Part shown: piece after piece, positions 19,801 through 28,017 of the stretch | Layout of the letters: every line of letters starts with the position of its first letter | Position numbering within the stretch: the first letter of the stretch is position 1 | Assembly (NCBI GenBank): GCA_002269645.1 | Contig: NIVC01005041.1 | Location: 1 to 28,017 of the forward strand | Reading direction: 5' to 3' | DNA from: Macrostomum lignano | Taxonomy: Eukaryota | DNA: 28,017 nt | Position numbers and translations under genes: made by a program | The notes under the pieces: generated by a model | Seen by the model: only the letters and a program-made list of their open reading frames with translations | What the model was told of the DNA's origin: nothing | Databases searched by the model: none

Positions 19801-20366
19801 GATAGTTAGGCAGGTAGGTAGACAGGGAAACCCTCATTCCCTCGAGCCGATACAAGCAAAGCCGACAGGCACAGATGGGAGTGAACCAGCGCGAAGGTCA
19901 ATCAACACTGAGTGCCATGCCCGATATGAACTACAGAAAATATTTCTGATTGACAAGCTGGCACAAAGCGCTTGGCCAGGGCAAGAGGGATGGGAAATAA
20001 GTTTTAGCGCCGATTGGCCCGGGATTGAGTTCGACGCCTAAACACTGTTAATTACGAGACAATGCGATTAGCGCCGCCCCCATGCCCGGCTCCGCACGGC
20101 AGGAGCAGGGAGGGGAGAAGAGAATGGGGAAAAGCAAAGCGGGAATATCTACGAGTAGTGAGAATCAGCGTGCGGGCGGGGGCCTAATTCCATTAAGACC
20201 CAGCTGCCCCAGCCCTGCAGCGCACACGCCCGGGCTCAAGCAATAATTAGGCATCTCCCGGCTCTGGTGGGGGCACCGCCCGTGCTTGAGGGCGAAACGC
20301 CGATTGGATCGGGATGGACGCTTAATTCCCGACGGGGAAATACGGCTGGCCGCTTGCCGCATGGGA

Positions 20367-20373
20367 GAGATAG

Positions 20374-20404
<31 letters not shown>

Positions 20405-20480
20405 GATAGATAGATAGGTAGATAGATAGATAGATAGATAAATAAATAGGTAGATAGATGGATAGATAAATAGGTAGATA
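20367..20480 (+). repeat. (GATA)n microsatellite
   Basis: Read directly. Confidence 0.93.
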
Positions 20481-20548
20481 GCACAGGTAGTATCTTAGCA
20501 CACAATGCAATAGATTACAAGTGAACAAATAAAGGTCAGCCAACTCAC

Positions 20549-20748
20549 TCGAACTTTTCGACCAGGAAGTCCAGCGGCTGGGCCTGGCACCGGATGCCGT
20601 GCTCGTATTTATCCCCAGCGGCCTTGAGGTCTCCCTTGCGCTCCAAAGCCAGGGCGTAGCTGTACCAGAAATAAGCCACCATGGTGCCGATGCCGCGGTG
20701 AAACATGAAATCGTAGGTGACTGCCGCTTTGGACTCTTCGAGTTCAGC
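20549..20748 (-). CDS. BUB1: MadBub exon 3, TPR domain (AELEESKAAVTYDFMFHRGIGTMVAYFWYSYALALERKGDLKAAGDKYEHGIRCQAQPLDFLVEKF)
   Basis: Matches the Mad3/Bub1 'GIG...A.FY..WA...E...A...GI...A.PL..L' pattern. Acceptor gcgtcgcag, donor GA|gtgagt. 200 nt, phase 0 to 2. Confidence 0.93.
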
Positions 20749-20844
20749 CTGCGACGCAGTGATGAGAGACCCGAGTCAGCGTGCGTAGACATGTGTGTTT
20801 TATAATTATATTGTGCTTACGTAGAGACAAAAGCTCAGATTAGT

Positions 20845-21280
20845 AGAGACAGACACAGACAGAAGACAGACAGACACACAGACAAACAGATAGACAGACA
20901 GACACACAGACAGACACTAAGACAGACAGACAGATAGACAGACGGATAGACAGACAGACAGACAGACACACAGACAGACACTAAGACAGACAGACAGATA
21001 GACAGACACTAAGACAGACAGACAGACAGACACACAGACAGACACTAAGACAGACAGACAGATAGACAGACGGATAGACAGACAGACACACAGACAGACA
21101 CTAAGACAGACAGACAGATAGACAGACGGATAGACAGACAGACAGACAGACACACAGACAGACACTAAGACAGACAGACAGATAGACAGACACTAAGACA
21201 GACTGACAGACAGACAGACAGACACAAAGAAAGACAGACAGACAGACACTAAGACAGACAGACAGACAGACACAGACAGA
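20845..21280 (+). repeat. (CAGA)n microsatellite with CACTAA interruptions
   Basis: Read directly. Confidence 0.93.
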
Positions 21281-22104
21281 CGTATTAGATCACACAGAAA
21301 CGCCCCAGACTATAATGCCAGTCCGCCACCCGTTTCAGCCGAGCATTCCACAAGCCGTACAAAAACAACGAGTGAAAAGTTCACGAATCGAGTATCAATG
21401 CTAAAAGGAGCCAGAATTCGATAGCCAAGAATTCTGGATTTTGCCGGATGCAAGTCCAAAATCCCTGGCAGACGCCGCCTTTTAAAACCTCAACCTCGAC
21501 TGTGTTTACTGCGCGAAATCGATGGAAAGTTGGGCGGCAAGGGACCGACAAAATGAATGAAATCCAAATTTCTAGTGGGCGGATTACGGTGGACTGGCTG
21601 GGATCGCGACTGGGATAAGTCAGTCGGCTTACACCAGCAAGGGGATCGGGGAGTTTCAACTTTTTCTCTCTACCAAATTTTTCCGAGCGAAAAGGTCGCA
21701 ACCCCAGCCAAGGGGGGATAAGCCGTAAGCCGACTCGGTCATAAATCTTCTGTCGGGACAGGCCGGTATTAAGCGGAGCCTGTTTCAGACACAGATTTGC
21801 AGGACAGAATGCCCAGCTAAATCCAGTTGACCCTTTCTAAGTAAGTTGGCGGGACTGTAAGCCAGAATTCTGCTCGGATGTTTAACACAAAACCTGCCAA
21901 ATTAGTGAATATGGATAGCCGAGCTCTGTCAACAAATGAATACAGAGCAAGCTGGCGAGGCCAAATTAATTTGTCAAGCAAAAGGGATTTAATTTTAACA
22001 GCCTGTGTGAATTCAAAACCTACATGTGTGACGGTGTGGCGTCGCTGCGGATGCGATGTCTGTATATGGGGCTTTTCTCTCTGCCTACTGACGTATGTCT
22101 GCAT

Positions 22105-22362
22105 GTCTGTCTGTCTGTCTGTCTGTCTGTGTGTCTTTCTGTCTGTCTGTGTGTCTGTCTTAGTGTCTGTCTGTCTGTCTGTGTGTCTGTCTTAGTGTCT
22201 GTCTGTCTGTCTGTCTTGGTGTCTGTCTGTCTGTCTGTCAGTCTTAGTGCCTGTCTGTCTGTCTTAGTGTCTGTCTGTCTGTCTTAGTGTCTGTCTGTCT
22301 GTCTTAGTGTCTGTCTGTCTGTCTGTCTTAGTGTCTGTCTGTCTGCCTGTCTGACTGTCTGT
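22105..22362 (-). repeat. (TCTG)n microsatellite with TTAGTG interruptions; inverted relative to 20845-21280
   Basis: Reverse complement of the CAGA/CACTAA array. Confidence 0.93.
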
Positions 22363-23707
22363 CACAGTAATCGATAGAACCGCATCGCACCGAGCTTGAG
22401 CTCAGCGATGAGGCAATTGTTAGACCTAAAAAAAACTGTCGCAAAAAGAGGGGGCGGGTGACAGGGCGGCGGCACACAGGAGACAGCAGCGCAGCCAGAG
22501 ATGACATTTTCAATATCAATCAGCAGGGGCGGCACCCAAAAACCGCTCCATTCGCCCCCCGCCTCAAACGGCCAGTGAGTTCTCCTCAGCCCAGGCGCAG
22601 GGCACCCGCTGAAGAGGCAACGCCGGAGAAGAGAAGGAACTGACAGGCGCTCGCCGAGCCCCCCTTTTCCCTTCTATCTCGCCGACGCGCTTTCACTTGA
22701 CGGGTTCAACAAGACGGGTTAGTGGAAGTGGAAGCGGACGGCGACGCAGCTGGAGCAGCTTCTCCGATATGACGGGCAGAGGGGGGGTCGAGGCAGACAG
22801 GCAAACTGAGTTAGAGACGGGTGAGGGGAGATGGGCCCTACACTAGTAGCTGGCATCGCGCACTTCCGCTACCCTCCCGAGTCGCGTGCCGGCCGGCCGT
22901 AACCGACGAAAGCTGGCTTTCGATCTTCTTTCGGTTTGAACAGAAAAAGAGTAGAAAAGCGAGAAAAAACCTGCTTGACCTTAGCGAATAAATCTTTCCA
23001 GGGAAAAAAGGAAACCCTGCCAAAAAGAAAGGTCCCGTCAGGGCCGGTTCTCTCAAGCGGCTAGGAGCGGGTGGCGCGGTCAAGCCCCAGCCGATCTTGA
23101 GGGAGAAAAATCCAACCCCCCCCCCCCAAAGAAACGGGTAGGTGCGCAGGATGATGTCTCAGCTGTAGACTTTTAATAGCCGTATGCTGAAGTATTAAAG
23201 GCTTAAATATACAGTAGAGAGAGAGCATCGATCAGGATCGACTCAAACACAACAATGTTGCTGCCCAGTCTCCCTCGACTTAATCCTACCCTGAAGAGGG
23301 GATGCAACACGGGGATCAGGAAGATGTAGGGAAGATAAGGAGAGCGGAAATGCCAACAAATGATTCTGTTCCGCTCTTACTTGTTCAGTTTCGCCCCTCC
23401 CTGCATCCGGCCACCCAGGAGAGAGCTCAGAACTGCACTAGAGCCTAAAGCGCCTGGGCCAACTGGGATTGCGATTCCAGAATTGCAGAGTCTGCGGTCG
23501 GGCAGGCAAGCCGAGCCCTAGGGGGAGTTGAGAGAAAAAAATAGATAAGTTTCTTCGGAACCCATTTTGATTAAAACTTGGGACAGAGAGACAGACAGGG
23601 GCCGTGGCTTGAACAAGCTTGCGTGCTAACATAAACACAGTGCATTGAGACATTCTTGACAGATTTCGCCTTGGTAAAGTTGTTTACTCAACATATCGGC
23701 AGTGTGG

Positions 23708-24503
23708 ACACAGTGAGACTGGAGATGAGGAGACACAGTGAGACTGGAGATGAGGAGACACAGTGAGACTGGAGATGAGGAGACACAGTGAGACTGGAGA
23801 TGGGGAGACACGGTGAGACTGGAGATGATGAGCCACAGTGAGACTGGAGATGAGGAGACACAGTGAGACTGGAGATGAGGAGACACAGTGAGACTGGAGA
23901 TGAGGAGACACAGTGAGACTGGAGATGATGAGACACAGTGAGACTGGAGATGATGAGCCATAGGGAGACTGGAGATGATGAGCCATAGGGAGACTGGAGA
24001 TGAGAAGACACAGGGAGACTGGAGATGAGGAGACACAGTGAGACTGGAGATGAGGAGACACAGTGAGACTGGAGATGATGAGCCACAGTGAGACTGGAGA
24101 TGATGAGACACGGTGAGACTGGAGATGATGAGCCACAGTGAGACTGGAGATGATGAGACACAGTGAGACTGGAGATGAGGAGACACAGTGAGACTGGAGA
24201 TGAGGAGACACAGTGAGACTGGAGATGATGAGCCATAGGGAGACTGGAGATGATGAGCCATAGGGAGACTGGAGATGAGAAGTCACAGTGAGACTGGAGA
24301 TGAGAAGACACAGTGAGACTGGAGATGAGAAGACACAGGGAGACTGGAGATGAGGAGACACAGTGAGACTGGAGATGAGGAGACACAGTGAGACTGGAGA
24401 TGATGAGACACGGTGAGACTGGAGATGATGAGCCACAGTGAGACTGGAGATAATGAGACACGGTGAGACTGGAGATGATGAGCCATAGGGAGACTGGAGA
24501 TGA
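23708..24503 (+). repeat. 25-bp minisatellite (CACAGTGAGACTGGAGATGAGGAGA), ~32 copies, in intron 2
   Basis: Period 25 (23711 to 23736). Confidence 0.96.
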
Positions 24504-24857
24504 GTTAAATAAGGAAACAGGTAGCATCAGAGGCCAGCCAGTTCAAACGGAGAGAGGCAGTGCAGCGAGAGCGATCGGGCGGGTTTCCAGCCTGGAAGCC
24601 CCAGTGGAAAGCTCGGTAAAGTGATGAATTCCAGTTCCTCCCCCCTAGTGGCCGCGCAGTCCCCGAAGACGCGTGGCCGGGCAGAAAAGAGCCTTCAACT
24701 TGAAAGGGATTTTTTAAGGGGAGTAAAAAAGAAAGAGGGAAAACTAAGAAAAGCCAGTTTGCTTTGGTTACTATCCAGATCGCCATCGCCAGCCCCACAA
24801 AAAAATTTAGTCACTTTCTTCCGCAGTTCGGACCCCGCTGCCAGCCTTGTTAAGCAG

Positions 24858-24860
<3 letters not shown>

Positions 24861-24929
<69 letters not shown>

Positions 24930-24946
24930 CTCTCTCCCCTCTCTCT

Positions 24947-25009
<63 letters not shown>
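24861..25009 (+). repeat. (CT)n dinucleotide microsatellite
   Basis: Read directly. Confidence 0.97.
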
Positions 25010-25012
<3 letters not shown>

Positions 25013-25112
25013 CGGCACTCCAGCAATATAATATGCTTTTTGACAACTTTTCTGAGCACAAAAGCTCTGCTTTTAAGAGATGAGAACACGTACGGTTTAC
25101 TGGGGAACACTG

Positions 25113-25556
25113 AAGCAATGGAGAGGGTAAAATTAGAAGGCAATGGAGGGGTAGCGGAGGGTAAAGTAGGAAGCAATGGAGGGGGTAGCGGAGGGTAAAG
25201 TAGAAAGTAATGGAGGGGGTAGCGGAGGGTAAAGTAGAAAGCAATGGAGGGGGTAGCGGAGGGTAAAGTAGAAAGCAATGGAGGGGGTAGCGGAGGGTAA
25301 AGTAGAAAGCAATGGAGGGGGTAGCGGAGGGTAAAGTAGAAAGCAATGGAGGGGGTAGCGGAGGGTAAAGTAGAAAGCAATGGAGGGGGTAGCGGAGGGT
25401 AAAGTAGAAAGCAATGGAGGGGTAGCGGAGGGCAAAGTAAGAAGCAATGGAGGGGGTAGCGGAGGGCAAAGTAAGAAGCAATGGAGGGGGTAGCGGAGGG
25501 CAAAGTAAGAAGCAATGGAGGGGGTAGCGGAGGGTAAAGTAGAAAGTAGCGGAGGG
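25113..25556 (+). repeat. 34-bp minisatellite (GGAGGGGGTAGCGGAGGGTAAAGTAGAAAGCAAT), ~13 copies
   Basis: Read directly. Confidence 0.95.
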
Positions 25557-26398
25557 GAACCAGGCAGTAATTTATAATTCCAGCATTGTATTAAAGCACA
25601 ACTCCAGTGCAACACGAGCGTAATAACAGTTTTTCACCTGAGTCAATCTCGGAAAAAAGCGTATTTAAAATTGAAGAATTCAAAATCGCAATTGCCGCTG
25701 CGTGGCCTCGGCAATCAAGAAGGGCTGGGGTGGGGGCTGGCAGATGGGTAGGAGGCTGAAAAAACGAACCGTCTGCTCAGTGCTCAAACTGTGAGGAGGG
25801 AAGAATTTAATTTCAAAGCTTCAATCGAAGTTCCATCGCGGCCCGAATTCCCCAATTCCCAACAGCAGTTGCTAGGCGGGGCCGGCAGCAGCAGCTACGT
25901 GACAGACTGGCATCGGATTGCGTAACCAGAAGAGCGGCGCAGAAGCGAATAGAGAAGCCTCCTGGCTCCCCGAAAACGGGATCTATTTCCCATTTCTAAG
26001 AAAGTGGCCTCTGAAAGCAGGCCCAGGCTAGGCGCATTAATCCCGCAGCTTAGCGGAGAAAACGGCTGCGGGAGAAGCAGCGGCTCCTCAAGCTTCTTAT
26101 TATATACATAAAGAGTTTGAGAAGCAATTCCACTGAGACGGCCACCTCAGCCTCATCACAGCCTCAGGCGCTTATGGCGTCAGGAATTGGAAATAGAAAA
26201 TAGAAGGAAACTGAGATGGCAGCGGCCCAGCTGAGATGAAGCTGCTGAAAGTCTGCGAGGCCTTTCACGCTTGGAAAGAAGCTGGACAGTGAAAAAGAAT
26301 GCTTACAGAATAACTGTTAAAAGTGCTTTGCTTACTTGAAATACTGAAAATTGCGGAAATTTATAAATACAGTTTTAAAGTAGATACGTCTGACTCAC

Positions 26399-26543
26399 AA
26401 AGGCAATGAAGATGTTAATGTATCTGGCATCCTGATGGTAGCGCTTGTCCTGAGAAAACGCTTTAATGCACTTTTTGAGCAGGTCGTACAGTTGGCTATC
26501 CTTGCCTCCGCTGGGGTAGTTCTCCTCGGTCCAGGTGACGTAG
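26399..26543 (-). CDS. BUB1: MadBub exon 2, TPR domain (YVTWTEENYPSGGKDSQLYDLLKKCIKAFSQDKRYHQDARYINIFIAF)
   Basis: Close match to BubR1 'YISWTEQNYPQGGKES...EKRYYSDPRFLNLW'. Acceptor catttacccag, donor TTT|gtgagt. 145 nt, phase 2 to 0. Confidence 0.93.
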
Positions 26544-26617
26544 CTGGGTAAATGTAAGTTTGGTTGTTAGTTGAGTAAAAGCAACCCGACCCGACACCCG
26601 AATCATAGAAAGACAAC

Positions 26618-27160
26618 ACAATCCTACAGCTCAATCATAGAGGCAACCCAACCCGACAAATCAATCATAAAGAGGCAACCCAACCATAGAGTAGCAACCC
26701 AACCCGACAACCCAACCATAGAGTAGCAAACCAACAGGACAACTCAATCATAGAGGCAACCCAACCGGACAACTCAATCATAGAGAGGCAACCCAACCGG
26801 ACAGCTCAATCATAGAGAGGCAACCCAACCAGACAACTCAATCATAGAGGCAACCCGACCCGACAGCTCAATCATAGAGAGGCAACCCAACCAGACAACT
26901 CAATCATAGAGGCAACCCGACCCGACAGCTCAATCATAGAGGCAACTTAACCAGACAACTCAATCATAGAGGCAACCCGACCCGACAGCTCAATCATAGA
27001 GAAGCAACCCAACCGGACAACTCAATCATAGATAGGCAACCCAACCGGACAACTCAATCATAGATAGGCAACCCAACGGACAACTCAATCATAGATAGGC
27101 AACTCAACCGGACAACTCAATCATAGATAGGCAACCCAACCGGACAACTCAATCATAGAG
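26618..27160 (+). repeat. 30-32-bp minisatellite (CAACTCAATCATAGA[GA]GGCAACCCAACCGGA), ~17 copies, filling intron 1
   Basis: Read directly. Confidence 0.94.
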
Positions 27161-27220
27161 TGGACGCGACCTGGAAACCCAACCTGACAAACCAAAAAGC
27201 AGAACAAATAGCGGACTCAC

Positions 27221-27280
27221 TCAATGTAAGGCAGAAGCGGATCGTCTCCCGAATAGGACCTGATTGCCAGCTCCAGCTCT
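27221..27280 (-). CDS. BUB1: Bub1/BubR1 (MadBub) gene, first visible exon: start of TPR domain (ELELAIRSYSGDDPLLPYI)
   Basis: Hand translation resembles the Mad3/Bub1 N-terminal 'FExEIRxYxGxDPL' motif. Acceptor ttccgattccag, donor GA|gtgagt. 60 nt, phase 2 to phase 2, joins in frame to the next exon. The upstream exon(s) with the start codon were not found. Confidence 0.85.
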   Translation of the reverse strand, partial: RAGAGNQVLFGRRSASALH

Positions 27281-28017
27281 CTGGAATCGGAAAAGTTGGC
27301 AGTAAAATAGTTTTTTAGAAGACAGAAAAAATGGCGAGCAAGACAGCAATCGAAATAAAAGTTATTTTAGCAGAGCGCAAGCATGACCAGTGCGCAGACT
27401 TTGATGAACTGCTGCGCTTCAAACCAGATGGGGCCAAGTCGTCCAGCCTCCCCCCTCCTCCAACCAACTGCCCAGCATCCAAACTATCTCCATCTTACTC
27501 CTCCCAGCAGACATGAAAGATGCATGGCAGTCAGTCAGTCAGTCAGCTGACGCGCTGCCATTATGTCCTATATCTATTACTTTGTTGGCGGCACCGCCCC
27601 AGCTCGCCCCACATCTTTCTTTCCCCATAGCGCGGTAGCACTGCTGGATAATTAATGAGCGGCCGGGTCATTTCTGATTCCACTAGGCCAGTTCTAAGAT
27701 GCAAGTGTCGGTGGCGGCGCACCTTTGATCGAAGTGGGCTTCACTTCGTAATAAAAATGTTGAAGACGGCTATTCAAAAACCGGGGTTGCACGGACTCAG
27801 CAGTAAACTCCAGCTCAAGCCAAAACTCTCGTTTACAATTAGCGGAGGCAACACAAGAAGCCACATTTTATTGCCCAGTGTACTTTTTCCGAATCAATCA
27901 AGGACATCAAGGACAATTTTAAGAGCCAAAACGCACTTACATAATATAAGGAAAGTTACGCCTGTTAAGGATACGCCACTAAATACGCCACTAAATATCA
28001 ATAAAAAATCTACAATA

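Noticed and set aside
21381-22195. ORFs in the spacer between the inverted microsatellite arms (possible transposase/RT remnant)
   Set aside because: No DDE, RT or endonuclease motif recognisable; short and low-information.
23708-24503. Each 25-bp unit contains CACAGTG, the V(D)J RSS heptamer (also Transib-like termini)
   Set aside because: No ACAAAAACC-like nonamer at 12 or 23 nt, no inverted partner and no RAG/Transib ORF; a 7-mer match is expected by chance.
9056-25615. Many long track ORFs made of repeats (MLAWLINTWESG, GKGIGGIKIEP, VCLS, HSPSHSQ, SSPVSL, ERER, GSGIWDL)
   Set aside because: They lie in introns, derive from stop-free repeat units, are broken by indels and have no coding flanks.
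27331-27516. 61-aa plus-strand ORF with ATG
   Set aside because: No recognisable motif or splice context; compatible with chance.
27941-27961. Possible 21-nt micro-exon (ccttaacag|GCGTAACTTTCCTTATATTAT|gtaagt) upstream of the first visible exon
   Set aside because: Splice signals and phase are plausible, but the peptide (RNFPYI) resembles nothing in Mad3/Bub1 N-termini. It cannot be supported without RNA data.

Overview
Eukaryotic genomic DNA, not prokaryotic. The window is dominated by one intron-rich minus-strand gene (11 exons reconstructed by hand between 27280 and 2874, ~1466 aa, 5' end not found in the window) encoding a Bub1/BubR1/Mad3-family spindle-checkpoint protein. All ten reconstructed introns are GT-AG and phase-compatible. 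The protein carries a TPR domain, an ABBA-KEN-ABBA-like cassette, GLEBS, a long coiled coil, CDI, further ABBA motifs and a Bub1-type kinase, i.e. an ancestral 'MadBub'-like architecture. A second, convergent plus-strand gene (~1479-2380) encodes a predicted secreted Cys-rich protein; it has a 1-nt frameshift near 2210 and no visible ATG. Nine of the ten introns contain micro- or minisatellites, mostly a different family in each; one (intron 9) is in frame and stop-free. The style (GC-rich, polyQ/polyA-rich exons; minisatellite-filled introns) suggests an invertebrate such as the flatworm Macrostomum, but this is inference only. I find no CRISPR array, no transposase/RT ORF and no clearly new biological system. 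The best leads are the MadBub architecture, the stop-free 21-bp heptad intron, the broken secreted-protein gene, and the repeat organisation.
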